Positions 18,801 to 27,190 of a stretch of DNA of 64,000 nucleotides are shown here, in pieces. Source of the stretch: Akkermansia muciniphila (lineage in GTDB: Bacteria; Verrucomicrobiota; Verrucomicrobiia; Verrucomicrobiales; V1-33); NCBI GenBank assembly GCA_945861415.1, contig CAMAUV010000001.1:45389-109388 (forward strand). Reading direction: 5' to 3'. Made by a program: the position numbers and the translations under genes. Under the pieces are notes generated by a model. The model worked only from the letters and a program-made list of their open reading frames with translations, made no database searches and had not been told where the DNA came from. How positions within the stretch are numbered: the first letter of the stretch is position 1; every line of letters starts with the position of its first letter.

Positions 18801-19523
18801 CAGAAGATGCAGCGACTCGTCCTCGGTTTCGGCAGTGACACCGAGATGAAGCAGCAGAGCTTTGCCATTCTTCAAGGTCTCATGCGCCTGCGCCAGATCT
18901 GCTGTCACCCCGGCCTCGCGGAGGATGACCACATGGACAAGCCCAGCGCCAAGATGGATGCCCTTTTCTATCTGCTCGACCAGTTGCGCGACTCCGGCCA
19001 GAAGGTGCTCGTCTTCTCCCAGTTCACGTCCATGCTCGACATTATTAAGGCCCGCCTCGTTGCCGAGGAGCGGCCGCATGTCATGCTCACGGGCCAGACG
19101 AAGGACCGTAGCGAAGTCGTCCGCACCTTCCACACCAGCAAAGACCCCGTCGTCTTCCTGCTCAGCCTCAAAGCCGGCGGCACCGGTCTCAACCTCACTG
19201 CCGCCAGCTATGTCGTGCTCTACGATCCCTGGTGGAATCCCGCCGTCGAAGCGCAGGCCATCGATCGGACGCACCGTATCGGCCAGACAAATCCGGTTAT
19301 GGCCTACCGGCTGCTCGCCCGGAACACCGTCGAGGAAAAAATCCGAAAGCTCCAGGCGCAGAAGCAACTCCTTGTCACCAGTGTCCTCGGCGAAGAAAGT
19401 TTCACCACCAACCTCTCTCTCACCGAAGTCCGTTCCCTCTTCATGCCGGACGAGCCGATGGAGGAAACCCCAAAGAAAAAGCCCCGCCGTATTCCCAAAA
19501 AGCGCGTGGAGTTTGATGTGTGA
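15882..19523 (+). CDS. SNF2-family helicase with a long N-terminal region and an SNF2-helicase-associated domain
   Basis: Helicase motifs are LRPYQIEGFHFL, ADDMGLGKTAQAI, and DEGQQIKN, with a helicase-C block LSLKAGGTGLNLTAASYVVLYDPWWNPAVEAQAIDRTHRIGQ. An upstream DWFDLKVLVDVEG...GGFVRMPDGRWLRLQ segment is typical of the SNF2-associated domain. An alternative start is the ATG at 15933. Confidence 0.9.
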   Translation: MPRARVCAPFSPPSDLRMEIDRPTQVFLARFPETVNREAERLRSEKAVKQIFGSQHLIHGRVEDGSDVYQITLRRGSSGWEWSVQGPEDQYPAGVAAVMMERISLGDKLPENPDGSADGSSLTEILESKLERALTAQEDVLVDKIEKRYRRWLIEQKLFDTDLIRINPKWPVENYDPITIWPQPPRDIVQFWNYIAAAFLKRKLFVPKFLDVLLQAEEQTAEQLKAWERQRELEAWQQRMQRLSGEREAGVQHGELRGMVTTREVRLQYRRTDALEGPEPWAALQGELYLSQLREDVASGAVCLTPLSESLLSQWTSHWPEGEVPAPSLRLEGARDRAFLGRLLRQPALNDLVVTLDELAFQHSAEPLHWTCEAPDAEDEEQEVWLLQLNTADAMSVVYALTVLPGPRPQYLADDTVYNGPPPWMDGAEAMPRTAVPKEVIESAQGLEFLRRLGAPLPEGLRSRVVEIVMHPRFNLRIAKRAGSGPDAEVIFAEVTASHAEGLRTEVLERDEWNVSANNTPNDGRLPWFDRRLLYPVAGLMEDLGLAWDHTGRRFRSRLTKTFPDKFVKWLDRLPPGSEVELDDDLKSLRADPVKASVRFELTESGEIDWFDLKVLVDVEGMDLTKEQIRELVEARGGFVRMPDGRWLRLQLSLTEDQEKAVNHLGLDVYDLSDETHRMHVLQLAEPRAQEIFDPAIWGNLVERAGRLKLQVRPPVPAMFQLNLRPYQIEGFHFLAYLTSNNFGGILADDMGLGKTAQAICWMLWLRERAAAEAGDNTDVQIKPILVVAPKSVLDVWAGETQKFSPGLRVQVIRDKAELDVERLGREIDLLVLNYSQLRVNGDKLKAIDWLSVVLDEGQQIKNPDSLAARAARELKSETRLVLSGTPIENRLLDVWSLMAFAMPGVLGNRKYFRDRFDRRKDGGAQQRLSARLRPFLLRRTKNQVALDLPSRTEEDILTNLEEAQQELYNAELQKMQRLVLGFGSDTEMKQQSFAILQGLMRLRQICCHPGLAEDDHMDKPSAKMDALFYLLDQLRDSGQKVLVFSQFTSMLDIIKARLVAEERPHVMLTGQTKDRSEVVRTFHTSKDPVVFLLSLKAGGTGLNLTAASYVVLYDPWWNPAVEAQAIDRTHRIGQTNPVMAYRLLARNTVEEKIRKLQAQKQLLVTSVLGEESFTTNLSLTEVRSLFMPDEPMEETPKKKPRRIPKKRVEFDV

Positions 19524-19763
19524 GTCCCCGCTGACGCCCCTTGAGTCGCTCATGGTAAAAGATCCGGGAGCTGTCCGGCGTTTCTACATGGCCCGCAAGC
19601 TGTAGCCCGCGCCTGCAACGGATTCCGTTCGGCGGAAGTATTCTACAAACTTCTTACTACTTCCGTGTCCGGGCTGCGGGAAGTGTGTTGAGTTCAGATT
19701 CGTTGAGGAATCAAACATCCCGGGTTTGTTTCTGTTCCGAGCCGACTTCCCCAATCCTATTCC

Positions 19764-20123
19764 ATGAAACTCCGCTCTGTCCTTGCACTCGCCCTGCCGT
19801 TTTCCGTTCTCGCTCAGGACCCTGTGCCACCCGTTCCGGAAGCTGTAGCGCCACCACCGTGAAGGAGCGGACGATCTATGTGCCTTGCGAGAACCTGACG
19901 AAAGCCATGGGTGATAAGAGCCGGGGTCTTCCTGCCCGGTAGTCTGGACGCGAATTGCAAAGACGCCGGTTCGCTCAATCCGGAGGATGCGCAAAAGATC
20001 GTGGATCGTCTGCCGGTGCCGTCGGGGGTAAAATCCGGCGGCGTTCCGGTGCTGGCATTTCGTGATCGCGCTGGTTGGCGTCCAGAGTGCTCGCCGCAGG
20101 CCTTGGAATCCCGTGATTGGTGA
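19764..20123 (+). pseudogene. frameshifted N-terminal stub of a secreted protein
   Basis: The signal peptide MKLRSVLALALPFSVLAQDP... ends at TGA (19860-19862). Sense continues in a second frame (KERTIYVPCENLTKAMGDKSRG...) and then in a third (GVFLPGSLDANCKD...) up to TGA at 20121-20123. The second shift falls at a G-run (CCGGGG). Confidence 0.45.
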
Positions 20124-20265
20124 ACCGCAAGTGGCGCCGGGTTCCCGTGCGCCGCTGGGGTTGGAACTGGCTAGCGCGGCAGCGTCACGCGGCGGCGGGT
20201 GGCAGCGTTGTAGACTTCCGGTAGCACAGGTGCATCGTCACACCGCTTATTTCAGCAAGTATTTG

Positions 20266-21042
20266 TTAGAGTCCCCGTGCGTAGGAGTCGCAGCGATTGA
20301 ACCATCCGGCGCGCCAGCGGCCCTCATCTTTTTGGGCTGCCGCAATCCGTCTAACCAGAGTGCGTTTTGCTGCCGCGGCAAATGCGGCCGGTGCTCCTGC
20401 GGCATCGGTGGCCGGCATTTCCTGAAGAACCTGCAGCAGACCCCAGCCGATTTTGCCGTAGCGTTCGGAGGGATTCGTGCCCTCGCCTTTGAAGTTCACA
20501 TAGTCCATGAGGCAGTAAAGGCCAGCTCCGGTTGCGCTCAGGGCCTTGAATTTGGCCCGTATTGTCTCGCGTTCCTCTTTTGGTGCGGCAGCGAGTATTT
20601 TTGGCAGGGAATCCACCGACCGCGCGGCCGCGTGCTCGGCCTGCAGCGCGACCGTATTGGCAAGGAGACTACGCAGTTCTACCATTCGGGGCGAATGCTT
20701 CGCGGCCTCAAATGCGGCCAAGGTTGGCCAGGGGCAGGCTTTCGCCTCAGCCAGCCACCCGGGCACGGGGGCGCTGCGGGTGATGAGTAGCCTTACCAGC
20801 CCGGGAAAGCTTTCCTCGTAGGGCCCGCGCACCCCCGCCGGATACCAGATGAAATGCCCGATGCCCAGAGAGGCGAAATTTTCTCCGGCGTTCCAGCTTG
20901 TGAGCCCAGTGACGCTGCCGCCGCACTCGTTCTCCCAAATGCGCTGACCAATCTTTGCAGAGGTCTGCGGGGCAATGCGGAACTCCTGTGCCGTGAGGGG
21001 CGCGCTCAGCAGCAAGAGCGCGAGGAGGACGGACAGACGCAT
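20266..21042 (-). CDS. secreted conserved hypothetical protein
   Basis: The ATG at 21042 gives the signal peptide MRLSVLLALLLLSAPLTAQ. Conserved-looking blocks include IWENECGG...SWNAGENFASLGIGHFIW. The family is not identified. Confidence 0.6.
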   Translation of the reverse strand: MRLSVLLALLLLSAPLTAQEFRIAPQTSAKIGQRIWENECGGSVTGLTSWNAGENFASLGIGHFIWYPAGVRGPYEESFPGLVRLLITRSAPVPGWLAEAKACPWPTLAAFEAAKHSPRMVELRSLLANTVALQAEHAAARSVDSLPKILAAAPKEERETIRAKFKALSATGAGLYCLMDYVNFKGEGTNPSERYGKIGWGLLQVLQEMPATDAAGAPAAFAAAAKRTLVRRIAAAQKDEGRWRAGWFNRCDSYARGL

Positions 21043-21055
21043 GGAAAGAGTGAAG

Positions 21056-21436
21056 TCAGGAAATGAAGCGCACGCTAGCTTTTGCCGCTGCTGCCGCGTC
21101 TTCGGCCGCAGCCTGGGCTGCGTGGATTTCCGGGCTGCACGAGGCATTGGTTGGGGCATCCGCCTCGCGGTCCACGGACTCCACCAGTTTATGGCTCAGA
21201 AGAAACTCTTCGACCTCGGCTCCGCTGATGTCCGGAAGCACGGTGCCGTTCACGACGACGCACGGGCTCATGGGCTGACCGCTCTTTTGTTCCATCTCCC
21301 AGCGGAAGGCGGGGTTTTTGATGATGTCCTTCTCTTCAAAAGCGAGGTCATACTTGCGCATGATGGCGCGGATGCCTTCGCTCCAGCCGCACCAGGTTTT
21401 GAGATAGGCGGTGATTTCGGGATTTGTTTTGCTCAT
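21056..21436 (-). CDS. glutaredoxin/thioredoxin-fold protein with a CGWS (single-Cys) active-site position
   Basis: MSKTNPEITAYLKTWCGWSEGIRAIMRKYDLAFEEKDI...PCVVVNG has a Grx-like fold pattern. The C-terminal tail is Ala-rich. The ATG at 21436 is preferred over 21508. Confidence 0.65.
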   Translation of the reverse strand: MSKTNPEITAYLKTWCGWSEGIRAIMRKYDLAFEEKDIIKNPAFRWEMEQKSGQPMSPCVVVNGTVLPDISGAEVEEFLLSHKLVESVDREADAPTNASCSPEIHAAQAAAEDAAAAAKASVRFIS

Positions 21437-21589
21437 GGTCTTGGGGGAATATTGGTTGTTTGAGAGGGAGTTATAGTGGCGCCGCTGGAGAATGCAACCC
21501 GCGGCCACGCTTGCGGGGGAGTTCAGGGGAGTTCACGCGGCTGCACTGTTCCGTTGCAATTTTGCCGGGATTCCGTTTTGCTATCTGAA

Positions 21590-22105
21590 ATGAATCGTTT
21601 GCTGCGTCTCCTCATTCGTGCCCTTACTTTCGTGGTGGCCGCCCCTTTGCTCCACGCTTCTGGCGGCTCGCCCGATGCCTACATTGGCCTCCATGCTCAG
21701 GGGGAGGAATACGAGGGCCCCAAGTTTGTGGTGCCATCTCAGGTGGCAGGTAAACCGTATTTTTTTCGTGTGGTCCCGGATGTCTCCGCCCGGCACTTCA
21801 AAGCCTTCCGTGCCTTCCCCGCGGAGGATGGGTCCTTCGGCGTCATTCTCCATCTGAGTGAGAACGGTCAGCGGGCGATGGACATCATGACGCAGACCAA
21901 CCGCGGACGTTTGATGCGCACCATCATCAATGGCCGCGCGGTGGGCACGCTGACGATTGATGGCGATGTTAGAGACGGAAGACTTGTCGTCTGGAGCGGA
22001 CTTGATGCGCCAGACCTCAAGCTCATGGCCAAGAAGCTGAAACGCCTGGATATCCCCGCCCCCGGAGAGCGAAGCGGCGAGCTGGAGAAAAAGAAGAAGC
22101 GATAA
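21590..22105 (+). CDS. secreted hypothetical protein with a Lys-rich tail
   Basis: The ATG at 21590 gives the signal peptide MNRLLRLLIRALTFVVAAPLLHA. The ORF is in frame with track ORF 21476..22105. No family is recognised. Confidence 0.5.
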   Translation: MNRLLRLLIRALTFVVAAPLLHASGGSPDAYIGLHAQGEEYEGPKFVVPSQVAGKPYFFRVVPDVSARHFKAFRAFPAEDGSFGVILHLSENGQRAMDIMTQTNRGRLMRTIINGRAVGTLTIDGDVRDGRLVVWSGLDAPDLKLMAKKLKRLDIPAPGERSGELEKKKKR

Positions 22106-22126
22106 CCAGACTGCGATCAGCCACGC

Positions 22127-23419
22127 ATGCGTTTTCGGCCCCTCTTCTCCCAGCCCGTTGCTGCGGCCATTGCCGTTATGGGACTCGGTTTATTATTTCT
22201 GAGTTCCTGCGGCCGGAAAACTCCGACAACAGTCAGCACGGAAGGGGAAACCTCTTCGCCTGAGCCTGTCCTGAGCGTGCCTGACAAAGTCCAAAACCCC
22301 GAATCGTCATCGCCGGCTGTCACGCTCAATCCATCAGGCGCGGTGCGGCCTAGGCTACTGAGAAACGGTCCTGTCTTCTCGCTGCCCACCAAAAATGATG
22401 CGCTGCTGAGCGGAAAGCCGGATGCGTTCTACATGTTTGTGGACCGTTACACACCCGACGGGACCGTTCAGGTCTGGCAGGGAGGTAGCTACGGTTATGT
22501 CAGGAATCCGCGTACGACCTCCAGCGGTGAAGTGTTCACCAAGTTCCACGAAGGCATCGACATTGCTCCCATGGACAGGAATGCTTCGGGAGAACCGCTC
22601 GATCTGGTTAGTGCCATTGCGGACGGAACGGTGGTCTTTTGTTCCCCCAATGCCCAAAGCAATTATGGCAACTACCTAGTCATCGCTCATCCCTGCGGAG
22701 AGGACCACGGCACCTTCTACAGTCTGTATGCCCACCTGAAGCGGATTGATGCAAAGGAAGGCCTCAAAGTGAAGCGGGGCGAACCCGTCGGGCTGATGGG
22801 CCATACGGGTGAAGGTCTCGACCGTCGGCGTGCCCATTTACATCTGGAACTTTGCCTGCTGCTCAGTGAGCGCTTCAACGACTATTATGGCACTCACTAC
22901 AAGCTGGCTAATCCATTCGCCAATTTTCACGGACACAACCTCATCGGCATGGATGTAGCGGCGTTTCTTAAAGCGGCTCACGATGAACCGGGGCTCCGTC
23001 CGGACGAGTTTCTGAAATCTTCCGGGAAACCCTATTACCGCGTACGCATCCCGAATCGCACTGGCCGGGAGCTGGAAATCGCGGCCAGCTATCCATGGCT
23101 GCGCAAGCCCGGGCTGGCCGCAGCCTCATGGGAAATAAGCGTCGGCGCTACGGGGCTACCTCTGGCGATTGCGCCTTCCAAAGAGGCCTGTACCCAGCCC
23201 GCGGTGGTCTGGGTCCAGCCTTTCACTGGCTACCACTCCTGGAATACGCGCAGTCATCTTGCCGGCAGCGGCAATTCCGCCACACTCGCATCCGAGGGGC
23301 AGCGGTATTTGCAACTGGTCACAGGAGACTTTCCGGTGTCGCCTCGATCAGCAACGGTACCGGGCGTGACGAAGCCATCAGGAGCGAAACCCTCACCTGC
23401 TCCACGCGGAGTCCGGTAA
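22127..23419 (+). CDS. M23-family metallopeptidase, lipoprotein
   Basis: A lipobox-like LFLSSC is present. The M23 motifs are HEGIDIAP, YSLYAHL, and GHTGEG...AHLHLEL. Confidence 0.85.
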   Translation: MRFRPLFSQPVAAAIAVMGLGLLFLSSCGRKTPTTVSTEGETSSPEPVLSVPDKVQNPESSSPAVTLNPSGAVRPRLLRNGPVFSLPTKNDALLSGKPDAFYMFVDRYTPDGTVQVWQGGSYGYVRNPRTTSSGEVFTKFHEGIDIAPMDRNASGEPLDLVSAIADGTVVFCSPNAQSNYGNYLVIAHPCGEDHGTFYSLYAHLKRIDAKEGLKVKRGEPVGLMGHTGEGLDRRRAHLHLELCLLLSERFNDYYGTHYKLANPFANFHGHNLIGMDVAAFLKAAHDEPGLRPDEFLKSSGKPYYRVRIPNRTGRELEIAASYPWLRKPGLAAASWEISVGATGLPLAIAPSKEACTQPAVVWVQPFTGYHSWNTRSHLAGSGNSATLASEGQRYLQLVTGDFPVSPRSATVPGVTKPSGAKPSPAPRGVR

Positions 23420-26400
23420 GAAGGGCCGCGGCTTTGCGGTAGAGCGAGCTTTGCCCGCCGTGCCGCTCTCGCGCAGCCGCTGCATCGCACCCGAAATGGT
23501 CAGTTTTGAATTCGTAAACATGGACTGAGGCTACGGCACCGCCGGTGCGCTCTAGCACCACACGGTCAAAAACTCCACTGACCAGCGCTCCGTCAATGAT
23601 TGCCTCAAACGGACGTTCGCGCCAGATTTCAGTGCCGCCGGTGAAGGCGCTGCCGGTCTCGCGGAGGCAGCGCAGGGCGCAGTCCAGCGCCTCATGCTGC
23701 CATGCTTCGGGTTTTTGGTGCGACAGCCTGAACCACCGCAGCAGCAGCTCCGGAGTATCCGGCGCCGCGCGTTCCACCCGTTGCAGGAGTTCGTGCACCA
23801 GTACCCCGAAGCGTCTCGCCTCGCGGCGTGCCGCAATGCGGCGGCCCTTCCACGGCCGGGTCCAGTCGGAGGGCCTCACCCGCGGCGCCGGCTTGCCTGC
23901 GGACCCGGGCTCCATGGCAAATAAATCGGTCTCTACAACGGGAGAGGTCCGCACATCGCGAATGAAGGACACAGCCTGCATCCAATCCGGGTCCCCATCG
24001 GCGCTCAGCACCTCACAATCGCGCCCGCCAAAATTCATCGTGCCTTGCGCGCCCTGTGTCAGCATGTGCCGGACAAGGCGGGCCATGGTGACGGATTCCG
24101 AATTCTCCGACGCGGGCGGCAGGATCAAATAATTAGCCCTCCGGGCGCGCGTCACCGCCACGTAGAGTTGGGCGAGGCGTTCGCGCCACTGCTGCGCCTC
24201 CATTTCCTCCAAAGCATCTGCTATCACCGGATCCGCAGCCGCGATGTCCTTGCCGGGCAGCAGGGTCAGCCAGTCAATTTCCCGCTGGGCTCCGCGTCCT
24301 ATGCCAATGCGCTGATGATGCTGGAACATGCTTTTGTCATGCAGGTCCGGGAGCAGCACGATGTCAAAAGTAAGGCCCTTGCTCTTGTGCAGCGTCATCA
24401 CCTGCACGGCCCGCGGATGGCTCGACTCGCGCACCGTCCATGCAGCGGCGAATTCGAGGAATTCATCCACATCCCGGCTCCCGCCGGCATCAAACTCCTG
24501 CGCGGCGCGGCAGAGTTCCTCCGTGCGTCCACGGCTGAATCCATCGATCCCTGGTTCCTCATGCAAGAGCCGGCAAATCCACTTCCGAAGGGTCTTTTCA
24601 AAGCCCTCTGCGGCCACCGAATCCAGCAGCGCCATGGTAAACGGTATCCGGCGGCTGCGCGCCCGTGCGACTTCCGTTTCGCCTTCGCCGGGCCACTCCA
24701 AAGCGATTGTCCCGCCCAGCGGCGACATGCTCACATGCTGCCATGAGTAATCATCACCTGGATGAGCTGCGGCCTTGAGCATGGCCAGTAACGAGGTGTT
24801 GGCCGGGTTGTCCTCCGCGATTTTGACATCGCTTTCGCACACCACCTCCGCGCCTGCGCGCGCACGAAGGAAATCGGCGATCTTAGCCGCCCTTTTGTTG
24901 CGGTGGCAGATCACGGCTACCGTGAGTCCGCGCCGGAGCGGCTCATTCTGGAGCAGCCACTCCGCGCATGCGCCCCAGACGGCTTCGTCTTTGTCTTCCT
25001 CTTTGCCCACCGGTACTTCCAGCAGCAGGCCGCAACCGGTTCGCTCCGGGTGTGCGCTCGTGTGTTCTTTCCACGGCCAGCGCTGCACCGCCTTCTCCAG
25101 TCCGCCCAGTTCCGCGAGCCGGCGCCGGTCGCCGTACAGTCGGTTCACCATGGAGATGACCGGCGGCCCGCTGCGCTGCGACAAGGCCAGCGGACGCTCC
25201 GCGATTCTTCCGGCATAATGCGCCATGATTTCGCCGAACAACCCCGGCTCTGCTCCCCTCCATGTGAAAATGCTCTGCTTCTCATCCCCCACCGCGAAGA
25301 ACGTGCGTTTTCCCTCAGCATCCTGAATGGCCTCATCGCACAAATTCTGAATCACCCGCCACTGCACGCGGCTGGTATCTTGAAACTCATCCAGCATCCA
25401 GTGATCATAGCGCGCATCCAGCCGGTAGTCGATGCCCTCGCGCATCCAGCCGCCTCCGGATTCCTCCCCGATGTCGCCGCTCAGATAGAACTGCACATCC
25501 TGAAACGTCAGCCGCCCTTGCCGCCGCACAAGGTCGTGATAAGTCAGGTCATAGATGCTCAGCAGCCGGTGAATTCCTGCAGTTTGGTGCAGACAAACCA
25601 TCAGCGTATCATGCACGAACCGGCACAGCACATCGTAGAGCCGGTCACTGAATGGCGGCGCCAGTTCCACCTTCTTACGGTTGATGGTGATCTCCACCGC
25701 CCCGCGCGGCAGGTCCGCGAATACCTCAAGACATTTGCCAAGCATCGACTTCCAGCTTTTGTCAGGCGGCGTGCCCGGTGTGTGGCAGCCGATTCCGGCC
25801 AGCAGTGACTCAAGTTTCTCTCGCTGCGCGGCCGTTAGCGCAAGGGTGTGCAGTGCCCGCACTGCGGCCGTGATGAGATTCGGCATCGGCTCCGGCGGCA
25901 ACGTCAGTCCCCTGTGGCCCCGCCAGATGCGCGATGGCTGCCCCCATTTCTCATCCTGCGGAACTATCAGAAAGAGCCCGTGCCAGGCATCTATAAAGTC
26001 GTCCAGAAGCTGCCGCAGCTTCACTTCATCCTTGCCCCATGTCGCCTGCTTGAACGCCTCTAAGAATGCGCGCTGCTCCTCGGCCTTCACCGTGCCCGGT
26101 GCGAAAACCCTCGCCAGAACGCGGCCCTGCTCCACGCGACGCTGGTGGTCATCCAGCAGCGCGAAGTCACTGGTGAGCCCCAACTCCAGCGGAAAACTGC
26201 GGGCGATCCTGACGAAGAAGGAATCCAGAGTGCCGAGAGTAAGTTGCGGCATGTCGCGCACCATGGCCGCCAGCAGCCGGACAAAGTCTTTCCGCCCCAG
26301 TTGAGGTAATTCAATATCCCGCGCCAGCCTTGCCGCTTCTGATTCTTGCGCCCCGGCCAGCGCCAGCCGGTGGAGAATGGCGGTGAAAAATTCCCCCGCG

Positions 26401-26534
26401 GCCTTCCGGCTGAATGTCAGCGCAATGATCGAAGCCGGTGCCGCCCCCAGCGCCAGCAGCCGGATATACCGGACGGTCAGACTCCACGTCTTGCCCGCCC
26501 CCGCGCTCGCTGTGATGATTTCATGGCCGATCAT
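23319..26534 (-). CDS. UvrD/AddA-like helicase fused to a C-terminal PD-(D/E)XK nuclease
   Basis: Walker A is ASAGAGKTW, with UvrD-type motifs such as LDEFQDTS. The C-terminal nuclease block is GVFDRVVLER...VHVYEFKTD. The 3' end overlaps the convergent M23 gene by 101 nt. Confidence 0.85.
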   Translation of the reverse strand: MIGHEIITASAGAGKTWSLTVRYIRLLALGAAPASIIALTFSRKAAGEFFTAILHRLALAGAQESEAARLARDIELPQLGRKDFVRLLAAMVRDMPQLTLGTLDSFFVRIARSFPLELGLTSDFALLDDHQRRVEQGRVLARVFAPGTVKAEEQRAFLEAFKQATWGKDEVKLRQLLDDFIDAWHGLFLIVPQDEKWGQPSRIWRGHRGLTLPPEPMPNLITAAVRALHTLALTAAQREKLESLLAGIGCHTPGTPPDKSWKSMLGKCLEVFADLPRGAVEITINRKKVELAPPFSDRLYDVLCRFVHDTLMVCLHQTAGIHRLLSIYDLTYHDLVRRQGRLTFQDVQFYLSGDIGEESGGGWMREGIDYRLDARYDHWMLDEFQDTSRVQWRVIQNLCDEAIQDAEGKRTFFAVGDEKQSIFTWRGAEPGLFGEIMAHYAGRIAERPLALSQRSGPPVISMVNRLYGDRRRLAELGGLEKAVQRWPWKEHTSAHPERTGCGLLLEVPVGKEEDKDEAVWGACAEWLLQNEPLRRGLTVAVICHRNKRAAKIADFLRARAGAEVVCESDVKIAEDNPANTSLLAMLKAAAHPGDDYSWQHVSMSPLGGTIALEWPGEGETEVARARSRRIPFTMALLDSVAAEGFEKTLRKWICRLLHEEPGIDGFSRGRTEELCRAAQEFDAGGSRDVDEFLEFAAAWTVRESSHPRAVQVMTLHKSKGLTFDIVLLPDLHDKSMFQHHQRIGIGRGAQREIDWLTLLPGKDIAAADPVIADALEEMEAQQWRERLAQLYVAVTRARRANYLILPPASENSESVTMARLVRHMLTQGAQGTMNFGGRDCEVLSADGDPDWMQAVSFIRDVRTSPVVETDLFAMEPGSAGKPAPRVRPSDWTRPWKGRRIAARREARRFGVLVHELLQRVERAAPDTPELLLRWFRLSHQKPEAWQHEALDCALRCLRETGSAFTGGTEIWRERPFEAIIDGALVSGVFDRVVLERTGGAVASVHVYEFKTDHFGCDAAAARERHGGQSSLYRKAAALLTGLRVEQVRVSLLMASSRPVPLLIEATPESLL

Positions 26535-26602
26535 GCGGCTCCAGTAGCAGGCGCGGGCCGCGCTGCCAGGAGATTATCAGCCGACTCTACGCTCTGACCG
26601 CA

Positions 26603-27178
26603 TTAACGCTTCACAGCCTTCCATCGATAGTGGCCGGTGAGGGGGAACGCGAAAAGTTTGTCCTCCTCCTGAGCACCCGCCCCAATGTTATGGATGATGA
26701 GCGGGCGGCCACCGGCGGTGCGTTTGTCGCTCACAATCATGATGTGCGGAAGTTTGCCGGCCACAGTGCAGGCGACGAGATCCCCGGGCTGGTAGTTTTC
26801 TGCCTTCTGTGTAACGGGCAGGTTGTAGCCGCGGCGTTTGAAGAAGGTCATCAGGTTGGGCACACGACGGTGGTCGATGTTGCGATCCGTCCGTTCGAGG
26901 CCCCACTTTTTCGGATAGGTGGAAAAGTTGGCCGCCATGTCCTCGTGAACTTCCTTTTGAAGGTCGATCTTCCACGCGCTGCGCATGGCCCGGATGACGA
27001 CATCAGTGCAGACCCCGCGGTCCTCCGGCAAGTCGCCGCCGGGATAGCTGAGCGCAACGTAGGGGGGGTAATAGGTCACCGTTTTGCCAACTTGGGATCG
27101 CGCAGCGGTGACCAAGGGAGCGGGTTCCTGCGCAAGGGCAGGCAGGACCAGCAGGCAAAGCAGGAGCAGGATTTTCAC
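26603..27178 (-). CDS. DUF1287 domain protein, secreted
   Basis: A signal peptide is followed by YYPPYVALSYPGGDLPEDRGVCTDVVIRA...NIDHRRVPNL...GDLV...PHIMIV, which matches my recollection of the DUF1287 family. Confidence 0.7.
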   Translation of the reverse strand: MKILLLLCLLVLPALAQEPAPLVTAARSQVGKTVTYYPPYVALSYPGGDLPEDRGVCTDVVIRAMRSAWKIDLQKEVHEDMAANFSTYPKKWGLERTDRNIDHRRVPNLMTFFKRRGYNLPVTQKAENYQPGDLVACTVAGKLPHIMIVSDKRTAGGRPLIIHNIGAGAQEEDKLFAFPLTGHYRWKAVKR

Positions 27179-27190
27179 CTCCAGCCTCCC

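Noticed and set aside
16866-19553. Minus-strand ORFs of 335 aa (16866..17873) and 393 aa (18372..19553) opposite the SNF2 helicase
   Set aside because: The + strand frame contains the complete set of SNF2 motifs. The antisense products are compositionally biased and motif-free.
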